A stretch of 62,914 bases of DNA, filler included, from Octopus bimaculoides (Eukaryota): NCBI RefSeq assembly GCF_001194135.2. It is 5 parts of 5 records of this genome, joined end to end, with 100 filler letters (N's around TTAATTAATTAA, not from the genome) between each part and the next. Parts side by side here need not be neighbours in the genome. Positions count along the whole stretch, not along the records: positions 1 to 21,324 come from NC_068985.1; 4 more parts are not named here. The stretch is one strand, 5' to 3'. Shown here in pieces: positions 1 to 13,142 of the stretch (its first letter is position 1; each line of letters starts with the position of its first letter). Under the pieces are notes generated by a model. It did no database searches, was not told the origin of the DNA, and saw only the letters and a list, made by a program, of their open reading frames with translations. Made by a program: the position numbers and the translations under genes.

Positions 1-15
1 ATATATGTGTGTGTG

Positions 16-50
<35 letters not shown>

Positions 51-129
51 GAGTGTGTATGTATATGTACACAAACATAAATACATACATACACACGTAT
101 AAAGACTCGGAAATAGCTTGCTTGTACAA

Positions 130-720
130 GTGTAGTCAGTCGAAAACAGTGCATCTATGACGCCAATAGGTTTCCGTAGTCATGAGAAGAGAATATGCAC
201 CGTTTTGGGGCGTTCCTGCTGACTGCTTTACAATGCATTGCTTCCACTCACTGATTTGAAGCCCATTTCAGGATCATCACCTTTCCAGCCAGGTTTCATC
301 ATTCCTTTTCATCCGTATCCAATGACGAGCATTCTCAATTGCCACTCGGTTCTCTTTTCAAAATGGTGTTTGCTTACCGATGTTTGACACCAATTGATAG
401 CATCTACCGTCTTAGTTTGGTCCCAATAAAACCCCTACGTCCAACTTCTACAGAAGAGTGTACTGCACTCCAACCAGCATCATTACAGCCTTCTAGTAGC
501 ATCTCATAACGTTCGTCTTTACTAATCTGTGCTGCATCTATTTTGTCTTTAATTCAGCAAAGTGTATCATCTTATCTTCCTCCCACCATATTGCCATATC
601 CAGCTTCTTTCTTAGTATTAGAAAGAGGCATTCATACCCTACAAGCTCTGCTGCTAATTCCCAAACTCCATTTCAGTTCTCGTCGTGAATAGCTTTTTTT
701 CCCCTTCAGTTTTGAGTAAC
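130..720 (-). mobile_element. 3' end of a non-LTR retrotransposon with a restriction-like endonuclease (HERO/NeSL-like), decayed
   Basis: Minus-strand translation VWELAAEL...KKLDMAIWWEEDKMIHFAELK/DKIDAAQISKDERYEMLLEGCNDAGWSAVHSSVEVGRRGFIG matches the (R)PD..ELT..K..KY..L...C...GW....VEVG.RGF pattern of REL C-termini; frameshifts and stops present. Confidence 0.7.
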
Positions 721-1418
721 CATCTAGACCTCGAGGAACGTTTGTACGTTTGTGTTTCTGCGTTTCTAAAGGAAGAAAAAGTGTTCAATGAAGACAAAGA
801 TTGTGTGTTTGTCATTAGAAATATCTGAAATTGCTTCCTGAGTTTAACGCTGCCGCTTATTCAAACAAATGAAGCAAAGAAGAAGTATATTAAGGTTTTT
901 TATCCTCAAAAGTTAGAAAATATGTAGTACATTTATTTATATTCTTCTGTTCCATTGTTATACGTGGAACATGATATTTGCATTTATTCATATGTAAAAC
1001 ACGACATTTCCATGTCTCAATGTAATATATGAACCATAAATGAAAGAAAGGAAGATGGTTGCTGCTAATGAGCATTCAGCGATACAAATAACTGGGACAC
1101 GCTGACGTTCTGTTGTCCTTATATGAATATATTTTACGCTTTAGTGAATCGTTATGTTGAAATTAATCTTCTTTTGTCAGTTGATAGCTGGAAGTTTCGT
1201 TTAATAAACATCGAAGACTGTATCTGTAAGAATTTATTTATCACGATTGTGTTTTACAAAATCGCAACAAAAAAAAAAAAATAATAACGGATGGGATATT
1301 AAACTTCTCTGAGAGACACAGTCTACATCATCCAGAGAGTAAAGTAGCAAGAGAATCATGCGAAATAATGACTGAATCGGTTTTATAATTGTTGCCATTA
1401 TTAACTTTCATGTTCCAG

Positions 1419-1431
1419 AATTATTTGGACG
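1419..1431 (+). other. candidate 13-nt microexon (AATTATTTGGACG)
   Basis: acceptor ttaactttcatgttccag and donor CG|gtaagt only 13 nt apart; no partner exons identified. Confidence 0.25.
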
Positions 1432-1749
1432 GTAAGTCGGTGAGACGTCTTCTTTGTGTCTTGATGCACGCCTTTGTTGCCAATATACTTTTACGGATTG
1501 TATGTATCTTTTTGCAACAGAGAGGAAAACGCAGTGCTTTAATATTTTTTAAATACTATTCAAGAAGCAGGTATTAGGGTTTTTACAGCTGCATAGAAAA
1601 GAGGTTTTAAGATTCTTACTGGAAAGTTTCCTTTTGTATGTACATGCTATAGTAGAAGTGTAGTTCTTGGTGCATCTCTGAATTACATTTACGTTATTTC
1701 TCATGGCATCTAATGAGTATGGATAAATGTTTCTTTACAATGTTTCATA

Positions 1750-2460
1750 AAATCTTGGCGATTTTAGAATGAACATTTAAACTATATTCAGGATTATACC
1801 ACACAATATATCGTGCAATTTCTAGACTAGCTTCTATTTTCTGAAGCCGCGCTTTCAAGGCATCATTATGGTTAATGGATTCCTCCTTATAAGCTGGGAG
1901 TACTCTTGCTCACAATGAAACAGAAACCCGTAACCACGTATCTAGATTGTGGAAGAGAACATCCAGTACCTTTCTATAACTACGGAGATATACAAATATA
2001 TACAAATTCTTACTTGCTTATAATAACCTTTACCTGTCAATCACAAAGTGTACTCCCATACAGGCCTACAATTGTATTTGTAGAGGTGAGCATCAGGAGT
2101 CTGGAAGACAAGCTTTGTTCAAACGTACATGCAGAAACTACTTTCCAAGCACAAGTGTTTGTGAATACATACATCAAAATGCAACAACGTCTAGAAGGGT
2201 ATGTAAGACCTAATAAAGATAATTCTATGTGAATATATATAAAACGATACCTGAAAGTAAAAATCGATACGGTAAAATAACCAAATATCACAAATATTTA
2301 TGGCAAAAAGTTCTTAAAGTTATTACACCAATACTTTCTCCTCCACCGCAAATATCAACGAGAATGACGCCAAAATCATATTAAGATATCCCATGCTACA
2401 ACGAGCGATTACCCGCAAATCATGGCTGCGTCTAAACTAACGAAATTTAAAACACAATCG
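1750..2460 (+). mobile_element. highly decayed LINE (L2/CR1-group) 3' region
   Basis: weak motif order SGRQALFKRTCRNYFPSTSVCE (like QRRAARFV..Y...SVT) then PQIMAASKLTKFKTQ (like LP..I..A.SL..FK..L), followed by an (ATATT)n tract. Confidence 0.35.
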
Positions 2461-3054
2461 TTCGTTGGTTATGTTATGTTCTTACACATCATATTTTCTG
2501 CATCTATTAAGAAATATCGCCATATATATATTATATTATATTATATTATATTATATTATATTATGTCCTATTATTTCCTATTATATCATATTATGCTACA
2601 TTATGTCCTATTACGCGATTTTACTACTCTGTACGCCATTACCGTTTGCATAATTCTCCCTGAATGCATTTTTCATTCACAGTTAAAAGCCATAGCAGTA
2701 ACTACAACAACACGTTATACTCTCTTCCAATAACAATTTCCTCAACACCTTACCGATAATTAATTTACCGAAACTAAATTTCAATCAAATATTTATTAAT
2801 AAACGCAACCCCCTATTAATCTAATTAAATATGTATCATTCAAACCTATATTTTATATTTAAGCCAAACATAGTTCTTAATCCCATCGAAATCCCATGAT
2901 TTTAGAACCAGAAAATAGATTAATATATCTACCAATTTAGTTTCTTATAGAAGCTTTTGTTATCAAAGCTCGGTCATTGACATTACCAACCAATAAGTTT
3001 ATAAGATTCTTAAAATTTTAAAGCGACAAGTTGAATATATCTTGAGGAGATCGT

Positions 3055-3185
3055 TCAGAATTCATGTTGTGATGAGGTCAACTTACTTGTTCATTCCTTC
3101 TGGATCAATAAAATGAAGTGCCAACTAGTGCAGAGTTAATTTGATTGACTAAAATCTCCCTCAAATTTCTGCACCTGTGCCCACA
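3055..3185 (+). mobile_element. SINE family A, old partial copy
   Basis: gaggtcaact..ttcattcctt..gatcaataaaatgaagtgcca...aaatttctgcacctgtgcc aligns to the family A body and tail. Confidence 0.6.
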
Positions 3186-3349
3186 ACTACGCACTTATCC
3201 ACCAGAACAGACCTAAGTAGTCCCACCCTATTTTAAAATTTGAAATAAGCTAATGGCATTAATACATTATTTCCAACTATACCTAATATTCCGCAACATT
3301 AGGAATTCACCATTTTACTGACACTATACTTGGCATTTTTCTTCATACA

Positions 3350-4560
3350 ACCCTTTCCTCTTGCTCTTTTGTCTGTTCGTTTTTCTTCCTTCCTCTCACT
3401 CTAAAAATACACTTTCTTTATTCTCTCAGGTTCAACCCAACTCAATTTCAAAAGTTCCCTTTGCAGTGAGAAGTTACCAAAGAATTCAGTGGTTCACAAT
3501 CAAAAACTGATATCTGCTTACAATTCAAGAACTGATCTCTTCAAAATTACTTCGACTTTCTGTTATTAACCTTACTATAAATATATCTTGAATATTCACC
3601 ATTCACTTTCTCCTTTATGTTGACAATTCCAGCAGCCATATTATCACTGTTTGTAACTACCTTCTGAGCTTCTTTCTGACTCCCTTGACACATGTTTATT
3701 ACCATTTATATCTTATTTAAGACATTTACATTAAAGACATATATCTTGCCCTAAACCCCTTCTATTCTTTCTCATCGGCATCCTCTTGTCTTGTCACTAT
3801 AAATATGAAATCCTTCTCCAACTTCATCCCTGTCGTGATGATGCATCAGCTTTAAAATATACATCCTGGACTGTCGCTCCAAACTCATATCCATTACTAC
3901 CATCCTCTTGTGTCTAGATGAACTTAACTATGCACCCGACAACTCATATCTCTTTTCACCCCCATTTTGCTGTGCCCTAACCCAGAGCTGTACACTAGTC
4001 ATAGATTGACAACTGCCTTAGTGTCACTTCTTTCACCAGACTCAGTTCTGTTGCCAAAATCGATTACTGACACAACCAACTCTGAAATAGATATTTTCCA
4101 TTTATTTATTTACTTCGTTTCTCCAATCCATTAATGGTGTGACCGACATTTTCTCCATTAAGAATGCTCTACCATTTTTGACATCTACTTAACTTCTTCA
4201 AGTACTAGCAGTTCTTCTTGGCTCTTTTCTCCCTAAATCTTTGATCTAATTATTATATTTTACACTGTGCCGTAATCTCCAAAAACCCTGAATTATTTAT
4301 GGCACTCACCCAACGACGTTATTTCCCATTAAATAACTCTTAAAACCCCTCTACAGCAGGAACTTCCTCTTTTATTTCTAAGAAACTAAATCAAATGTCT
4401 ATGGTAACAACATCAGACACTTTCACCAGACCTTTTTCGCAATCTAATTTCACTATCCTTGTATTCTAATAACTGCCTATAACTAACATTAACTAAATAC
4501 ATGAAATCTTATCCGTATATATTTTGTCAAAAATTTCATGATTTTTGTTCTTATGAATAT
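3350..4560 (-). mobile_element. highly decayed CR1-like LINE RT and 3' region
   Basis: collinear degenerate motifs on the minus strand: IVKLDCEKGLVKV, IKDL, VDVK, WKI..VIDFGNR, VGCIVKF, SLERQ, RDQF..CKQI, in CR1 ORF2 order. Confidence 0.45.
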
Positions 4561-4917
4561 CGATCCGAAAAACTACATCTTGCAGATACACATGTCTTAA
4601 TACTTTCTAATAATACCTATATTTTTTACATTCCATTTCTTATTTTGCTTCTTCAATAACTAGACCATTTCTGTTTAGATGAATTCAAATTTATCGTATG
4701 GTACACTTAATTATCTTCAACTAGTAGACACTATTTTTGACATTTCTTCCATTTTTTGGCACATCCCACGCAGACTGGTTCGTAAATATCACATTAGCTT
4801 CAACTAATAAACCAATGGTTTCAAATCATCATAACACTCATATACTCAAAACAAATAATTTGTCATTTATTTTTGTCCTTTCAACAAAGCCTGGCTTTCG
4901 GTAAAATACCATCGCTG

Positions 4918-4949
<32 letters not shown>

Positions 4950-5002
4950 TGTAGATTATATATATATATATATATATAGCGTGTAGATAATAATTGTATA
5001 TT

Positions 5003-5073
5003 TATGTGTGTGTGTAGCTTGCTTACGAACCACATGGTTCCGGGTTCAGTCCCACTGCGTGGCACCTTGGGCA
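5003..5073 (+). mobile_element. SINE family C head only (tRNA-like head plus start of CORE-like segment)
   Basis: aaccacatggttccgggttcagtcccactgcgtggcaccttgggca, near-identical to 36720-36770. Confidence 0.75.
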
Positions 5074-8000
5074 GTTACCATGGGAAAACCTCTCGTACTG
5101 GGTTTTTGGTGCAAAATGCCCTCTTGTTTATATCACTAGTGGGGAGAGAAATCCTTACTACTTCCAGTGTTGAGACCACCGAGTCACGCGATTTTGACCT
5201 TGTTTGGTCATGTTAAGGCTGGAGAATCTACCGCCAGATGTAGCAGCGATTCATCTCCCCACCCCCAGCTATACATAGATTGACTGTGTCAGAAAAGGAA
5301 CTGATGTTGCGATTGGGCTTCAATATTACCTCGTGGTGTTATTAATGCCTCTGTCGTTAATTTATACTCTTCAACAAGTAACTGTCTAATCCGACCATAA
5401 TAAAGGAATTATATCTGACTTGTGCTTAATATGGACATGCAGACATTAGACCATTGAAGACGATGACCAATATGGTGCTGGTGCTGATAAAGATGTAAAT
5501 AATTCGAGTGATGATTTTTAATTTAATTTCATTTGAACAGACATTTTGATCTACAAAAGCAAAGAATATATTAAATTCTTGTTTTGAATCTTTCTAGTTT
5601 GACTTTAGAATTAATCTCAGATTAAATTATATGCGTGTCTTTTCTCTCTGTGTGATTTCAGTAAAGAATGCCGCCCACACAAAAGATGAGGTCTAAATTT
5701 ATTGTAAAACCTTGCCTTGTTTCAACAAGCATTCTATGTCTATATATAATTAATAACGTCTAAATAACATGTCAGAAAATATTGTATATTTATTTACCAA
5801 CAGATAAATTATGGTTAAGATATAACCACACTGCAAAGACTAAATCCCTGCTAACTTTAAAGTGTACAGAATATGTACGAAGAAACTGTTATTATAACCC
5901 TTGCATTTGCTAAATAAATATTATTTCATTAATTATATAACATGACACCTTGGTTTTGACTAATTTATATTTTACTATGTAATAAGGAATTTGTAGAAAA
6001 CCAATATTTGGTTTAGGATTAAGAACTTACGAAAGAATTTGGGAAAATTAAATTTAAAGTAATTGATTTGCAATTTTAATTAAAATTATTCATGCATCAT
6101 ATACATCATACACATATATGATAGATTAATATAACATGCTTATACACATCCATGCGCAGATATACATAGAAAGCAAAGCAAGACAAGAGAGTTTTTCATA
6201 AAATATTCAGTTACATCACCTTACGTGTATTTCGTTAACAATGAAAAATATCAGATGTAACAGGGAAATCTTACAAGCCGATTGCGTTATCAAATTTTCA
6301 GAGATCACATGACTCCCATTAGTGATCATTAGTATTCATAACTGACAGTGTCATGAAATTGATTAGTGCAACAACTCGGTTGTTTATATGCACGTATTGT
6401 AGAGGTATGGCAAAAGGAGAATGATAGAGCAATTATTAGCTTTAAGTAAATATATACATTGACAAAGCCTTTCAGAGCAGCAGATCAGCGTGACTGGAAG
6501 CCAATGGTTAAAACAAATAAACGGATAAAGTAAAACATGCAAAACAGTTGCAATAAAGCGTTTAGGTGAGAAGGATTTCAGTGAAAAACTTAAAGGATGA
6601 GATAGTTTTGGTTTCAGTGGAATGGCAAAAACCTTTTTAAACTTAGTTATCTCTCTGTGGAAACAGACCAATCTGAAGGCGTGGTTATGAGATTGTACAC
6701 CCGCTGACAAAGCAATTGCATCTAATTGAGAAGTTAACCATAAGTTCAGTCCTCTTGGCTCTTAGTCAGCAGGCCTCTAGGGAAAAGTTTGCTTTCTGTT
6801 ACTTCTTGAAAAATTAGATCTTACCTTAGCAATACTGTTAACAGGTCTCCATACTTGTATATTTTCAAAACGTACAGACACGGCACTCTTACTTGCCCTA
6901 TATATATATACTTTTTTTCTCGTTCATCTTGTTCAGTGACATCCCAATGACAAAATTACAAGGGGTAAATAGGTTATGCTATTAATTTTGTACTCAAGCA
7001 GACGGCGATGAAGTGACTTATTTTGTGCAAAGAGTCAGTGTAAAGCCAAGCTCTATTATGAACCATAATGCAATTTCTTTAGGAAGCTATTTCCAAAATT
7101 ATTTTGGAAAACTTCCATAATAAGAAGAGCACAATTCTATAGCAGAATACAAAAATGCTATAGACATATTCTTTGCTCAGATTACAAACTTCCACAATTT
7201 CAAGTAAAATATACAATAAGAAGATTATACAAATAGAAACCAATTAGGCTAATGTTAAATTTTAAGATTAGTGAGAGATTGTCCAGAATTTCTTAATCGA
7301 TATTTTTACATAAATTCTAGACAAACTGCCTATATCTGGCTCAATTTCTGCAAATAATATCTCTGATCAAATTGGCAATGGTAATAAATGTAAAGTATTA
7401 TATAAACAGAACAGGTGGTGCTATTAAGCTAGCCATGACCTGAATTAAGCCACACTTTTTAAGTGTCCTCAAGTTACTTGAATATAAGGTGAGAATTTCA
7501 AGTGGTTGAAAAACTTGAACACTTGATCCTTTGTAAAATTGTCTTTACATGTTGGGTAGGCAGAAAAGAGAAATAAACGATATATATTTGCAGAAAATGT
7601 GTTAGAAGAAACTTCGAATATCTAGTTGGGCCTCTGCAAAATGTCTCGCTTTCTCGTTTTATTTTCCAGTGATAATTCAGCAAACATTCCACAACTCAAT
7701 AAAAAATGTCTACACAGACACACCTTGAAGCTAGTCTTGATAGTTGAATGGTTGACTAGTATTGAATATAATTCAAGTGTCGCTTTAAAAAATTAGAAAT
7801 AAAAAAAGATAAAGAATAAATAAATTGTAAATGAAGTCCGTATAGAGTTCTTATATTAGAGTTAGATTTTCAAGTTTCAGTTCAAAGTATATGGAAAACG
7901 AAAAAAAGAGAAAAGAGAAAAATAGTTATAGATCAAAGAAAAATCAAAATATTTTACTTAAACATATTGAATAAAAATTTGGTATCTCAGTTCCGCTTCC

Positions 8001-8329
8001 CAGGGCGGCAGAGTTACACTGTCTCGTAATATGAACTCTTCGTCAATTTCACAGTCAATGAATCCTTCAAATGTGGACTTGAAAGTAAACTAATGGTTCC
8101 AATGAGTTTTTCAAACGAGGCTATTTTCAAGTGTGCGGAGTGTACGTCTTTCGCTGCCATTTACATAAGTCCAACAATTTCACAATTGATATCGTTGTTC
8201 CTAGTTTTTCTTTCAAAGATCCGTTCTAACTTGAGCTTTCTATCTTTTAAGGTAAAGCTATTAACCTTGGTGGAATATCTGTTCCTTTTTTTTCTGCACC
8301 TGTTGATTTAGTAATATGAACAGAAACCT

Positions 8330-9731
8330 CTGGTGGTTGTTGCTAATTCCTCTGGCCTACAGGCGCATACTCTCGCCACATTCACTCACCTTTCAGTAAA
8401 ATTACAGAGGGGCAGCATTTCCCTTTTCACTTCACTTTCCTTTTTAAGTGGAACTTGAAAAAGTCAATGAGGCTTTGGCTGAAGAGAAAGGTGTGTGTCT
8501 TCAGTCCTTTCGATCTTGTCCTCCACACTGGCTTTTTTGCCACATCCACCAAACAAGAAGAAAGCTACCTGCCATTCCCGACCAACAGAAGTTAGCGAGG
8601 TAACATACACGATGGACTCGGCCAATAACCACATCTCTTCTATGCATGACAATAGTTATTCGACAAAACTCTACAAATCAGCAACGGCAGGACACTGGAT
8701 GGGTGTATCCAGAGCAGTTTCATCGCCCTGTGCACATATAGGACACATCCGTCTGACAGCACTTCCATGTCTGTAGATCTTGACTCGAACCAGCAGAGCC
8801 CCCAGTAGCCCTGTCAGGCCAGGGATTTCAGGAAATCATCCATAGGGCTCGACACAAAAATCCTCTGGAAAATATCAGCCAATTTATCTTTCCCGGCACC
8901 CAGAGATTCCCCGAGGTGTCATCGCTCTTATTGATAATCCTCAATAGAACTCCGATGTGGAACGTTCTACAACTGCATTACTCGACTGACAAGTGGGAGC
9001 ACTTGCCGACACTCCAAGTGCCTAGCGCCCTTTCTCGGTCTAGGCTCGATCCAGGACTTTAGCTCCATTAATAAAGACGAGCTGAGGAAAATCCTTCCGG
9101 GCAAACGGCGACCACACCTGCTTCTTCTTAATGAAAATGTTGGAGATATTGCAGCCTCAGTGCCTGTTTGCACATCATTAACCTCAGCATACCCAGTCTG
9201 TCAACTACTGATAGCAGATGTAACGTCTGACGAGCGGAACACGTCCAAGAAAGTGGAAGAACAAGCGCTCCAGCTTGATCAGCAATGAAGAAGAGCAATG
9301 GACGACGGTCAGGGGGTAGTAGATGATAGATGCGATGTACGTATTTGACACCTCTGCCCGATGCTGCAAACCCTGAGCAATTCAACCGGTCATTCCGTCC
9401 ACTGCCCTGCAGTGCTGTCAGACAATGTGGACCTGCCTCTCCAGCTGCCGAGCTGCAGGCCCACTGATTTCTTCTGCTTAATCGTTTACTCTTGTCACCA
9501 CTTAGTTCTCCCTTAAAGGGCACTGCCAATCAGCTCAATTTTCCAAAATGTCTGACACTTTTACGGTGAAGTCATCCGTATAAGCCGACACAAACCTTCC
9601 ACATCCAAGTTCACATGGGATGCCCATCGAAATACCCAAGATCCTTAGTAATGGCTCAAGAACCAGCACGTACAAAATGGGCAATAGTGGACATTCTTGA
9701 TGAACTGAACGTGTAATAATAAACAATTCCA
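8330..9731 (-). mobile_element. L1/Tx1-like ORF2 3' part (RT C-terminal half, zf-RVT, C-terminus), decayed
   Basis: LFIITRSVHQECPLLPILYVLVLEPLL, SAYTDDFTV, KIYRHGSAVRRMCPICAQGDET (zf-RVT), LIDFFKFHLKRKV on the minus strand. Confidence 0.88.
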
Positions 9732-9734
9732 AAA

Positions 9735-10494
9735 AATGACTATTTACGGTATTTCACTGGCCGAGACCGGGTCTTGCTATTCGCATCCCAGTAGTTGTGT
9801 GCGAAATTTCAGCTGTACTTCGTTGAACTGTGTGGAGCGTGTGGTGGGGTAGAGCTGGAGGTCAATTACCCCCTACCTCGACAGTATGCCTCAACTTTTG
9901 GCCACAGATGCTGAGTTTAGCGAAATGCACATAACAGCCGAAGATATACAGGGCATGATGACTAACAGCACAAGAAAGAAGTATCTGGGTCTGGATGGTC
10001 TGCATTTCAAGTTTTATCTTCATGTACCAGACTGGTTCAGAGATCTCTTGGCAGATGTCTACCACAATTGGCAACATAACGGGTGAATTCCCAGTGTTGT
10101 GAGCCATGGTGTGGTGGTGCTGTTAAGAAACGACCAGAACGAAATAAATTATTTATCTGTTAATTGCAGATTACAAGATGTTGGTGCGGTATTAGGCAAG
10201 ATGTCAATAAACTGATCGGTGACACGCAGACATAGGATATATCAAATAAATCTATTCACAACCTCCACCTCACGTGCTGCATTATAGAGATGGTTGGTTA
10301 GGTGCCTGGCATAGGTAGGGCCCTAATCAATTTGGATCAATCAAAAGCTTTTGATAGAGTAAACCACCAATACTTGGAGGCTGTCCTCGTGTTGGCCATT
10401 TTCTAAGGCTGGATCGCTGCAATGTACAGTGGTCAACGTAAATGGCCACTTATTGGAATTGTTTATTATCACACGTTCAGTTCATCAGGAATGT
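9735..10494 (+). mobile_element. L1/Tx1-like ORF2 RT N-terminal part, inverted relative to 8330-9731
   Basis: YLDSMPQL, KYLGLDGLHFKFY..LLADVY, NLDQSKAFDRVNHQYLEAVL on the plus strand; ends in the same 41 nt that start the minus-strand part. Confidence 0.88.
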
Positions 10495-10819
10495 AAATTT
10501 ATGCAATCTACTCTGATATTCACCATGTTGGTTGGAGAGAGTTGAGAGGGAGAGGAAAAGAACGGGTTTATTTACCCTTCCACTGCTGTCGGTGTGTGGT
10601 TGGCCCGACCTCCGAGGTTGGTTGGGGTTCCTTTGAGGATCCCTTTGAAAGTCTGCTCGTGGCCTTTGCTTTCGGGGTTCCCACGATATAGGGGAAAATA
10701 TCCCTAATGTGGCTCAGCTTATAGGCTGGTTCCCTAAAGACTCTGTTGGGTTGTCCCCTTAACAACTACTATAATCATAAAAAAATACGATGATGATAAA
10801 GATAATGAAGAATCAAACC

Positions 10820-10845
10820 AACATGATGATGATGATGATGAGGAC

Positions 10846-10878
<33 letters not shown>
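10820..10878. repeat. (GAT)n microsatellite
   Basis: direct reading. Confidence 0.95.
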
Positions 10879-10881
<3 letters not shown>

Positions 10882-11179
10882 AGCGACGATGACAATGATG
10901 CTGGTATACACAAGAAAAAAACGTTGAAGAAACAGAATAACAAGTTTGCTTTCAATGTTTTCAGTAGTGTCTTGTTGCAAAATGTAACAATAAACAAAAT
11001 ATAGAAATTTATGCATTTTTATATTCTATATTTTGTTGTTGTTGTTGTCATTCTGAATTCCATCTGTAAGTTACTTTATCTCAGAAAATGTTAAATTTCT
11101 GTTTGGTTAAAAAATTGTTTTGGCTATTTCTTCATATTTTGCTTTATTTAGCAACTGTCATCACAATCCATACACACAT

Positions 11180-11232
<53 letters not shown>

Positions 11233-11749
11233 TATACAATATACATACATGTTTGTATTAGACAATATGTAAAAGACTTAGGACTAAAAGCACTGGTATA
11301 ATTTTAGTTATGTATTTTCTCCATGGAAATTCTGAATCTTAATGCATTTTAGAAACCTTAACTTCAAGATTCACAACAAAATATCAAGAAAATAAATGAA
11401 GTTTTATCTTGCATGTCTTCTTAGAGTGGTTAACAAATTTATTTCTCATGCTAGTAAAATAGTAGACATTTTTATAGAAAACACTGTGGGATTTTATGAT
11501 AAATTGAATGTTTTCCTGAGATACATAACTGGTATCTAATTTATGAGATCTGGGAAAATTATAAGCCTAAAGCAAACTCTAGAAGGCTTTGAACCCAGAA
11601 GAAGGAGAGGTTATTATTTCTTAATTCTCTCAAACTGTCGAGTATTGGGTTCAATGGAATCAATTTACACATCTTCACTGAAATTGCTGGCTTTGTGCCA
11701 AAATTTGAAACCAAAGGTAGCGAGATTGCAGAATCATTACTGCACCTGG

Positions 11750-11935
11750 ATGAATGCTTAGCAGCATTGCTTCTGACTTTATGTTCTGAGTTCAAATGCC
11801 ATTGAGGTTGACTTAGCTATTTATCCTTTTGGGGTAAAAAAAAAAGTACCAACTGAGCACTAGGGGTGATGTAATCAACTAGCCCTCAAATTTCAGGCCT
11901 TGTGTCTACAGTAGAAAGGGTTATTTCTTAAATCC
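11750..11935 (+). mobile_element. SINE family A copy
   Basis: gaatgcttagcagcatt...gttctgagttcaaatgcc..gaggttgac...aaatttcaggccttgtg..agtagaaagg. Confidence 0.8.
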
Positions 11936-12152
11936 CTGCAATGTCATAACATGATCCAAAACTTTAAAGATTGGAAACAAAAACGCATAATAAATCGTAG
12001 GTGTTAATCACAAGCGAGTATGATTAGACAGCAGCATGTACCATGTTTTTATTAACTGTTCTAGTTGCCTAATGTAATCATGAGCAGTCAGTCAACCTCC
12101 TGGCCCTTTCATCCATCACTCAATAGAGCATTGAGAATGTGACAGATGATGT

Positions 12153-12154
<2 letters not shown>

Positions 12155-12245
<91 letters not shown>
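12155..12245. repeat. (GA)n microsatellite, about 45 units
   Basis: direct reading. Confidence 0.97.
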
Positions 12246-12247
<2 letters not shown>

Positions 12248-12374
12248 GCACCAAACCCCTGGCTGGCATTCATTTGCTGTGGAGAGAAATTAAATGCTTT
12301 ACTCAAGAATAAAACACATGGTGCAACTCAGGAGTCGATTCCACGATATCAGCCATTGTTGTCAACATCGTGGA

Positions 12375-12745
12375 GGCCCAATGACCCAGTGATTAAGGCA
12401 GTAGACTCATGGTCGTAGGATCGTAGTTTCGATTCTCAGACTGGGCATTGCAAGTGTTTATTGAGCGAAAACTCCTAAAGCTCCATGAGGCTCCGGCAGG
12501 GGATGGTGGCAAATCCTGCTGTACTCTTTCCCCACAACATCTTCTCACTCTTTCTTCCTGTTTCTGTTGTAACTGTATTTCAAAGGGGCCAGCCTTGTCG
12601 CACCCTGTGTCACGCTGAATCTCTCCGAGAACTACATTAAGGGTACAAGTGTCTGTGGAGTGCTCAGCCAGCTTGCATGTTAATTTCACGAGCAGCCTTT
12701 TCCATTAATCAGATCAACTGGAACCCTCGACGTCGTAACCAACAG
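12375..12745 (+). mobile_element. tRNA-headed SINE (family D)
   Basis: tRNA-like head (cagtgattaaggcagtagactc..gtttcgattctcagac); body ctctcactctttcttcctgtttc shared with 40100-40120 and 58915-58945. Confidence 0.75.
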
Positions 12746-13142
12746 AGTGCCACTTTGTCAACATAATTTTCTTTCGTTCTTCCACTCATACAAAAACCAA
12801 GGACCAAGAACACATGAAATCCTCACCCTTCATGTCAATCATTCTCTTTCCTGTATCGATTAGTTAGTCAATGCAAACCTATCACCTGTTTTCTTCGATT
12901 CACAATTGTACCCTACATTCATTTGCCTTTGGTCATCACTATACTTTCCACTTAAACTGATGAATTACCAATTACCAATTACTGTGATGATATTCTGACC
13001 ATATCGCATGAGGAGTTTTTAGGCGGGCAATTTAAACTGGTCATGTGCATACGTGCATATATATGTATGTATACGTTCGTATATATAAGTATATCGTATG
13101 TTGTATATATAAATATTTGTATTTATGTGCTTTTTTGAGTGT

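Noticed and set aside
690-830. Strong plus-strand acceptor (ccccttcag) with the frame LSNHLDLEERL
   Set aside because: The pyrimidine tract is the antisense of the REL-LINE fragment (..EGEKK..), showing how easily false exons arise here
6826-6898. Minus-strand exon-like ASKSAVSVRFENIQVWRPVNSIAK with an AG|GTAAGA donor
   Set aside because: The acceptor side is purine/TA-rich with no pyrimidine tract, and I recognise no homologue
7985-8090. Protein-like minus frame FTFKSTFEGFIDCEIDEEFILRDSVTLPPWEAELRY
   Set aside because: Short, bounded by stops, with no credible splice sites or recognisable family
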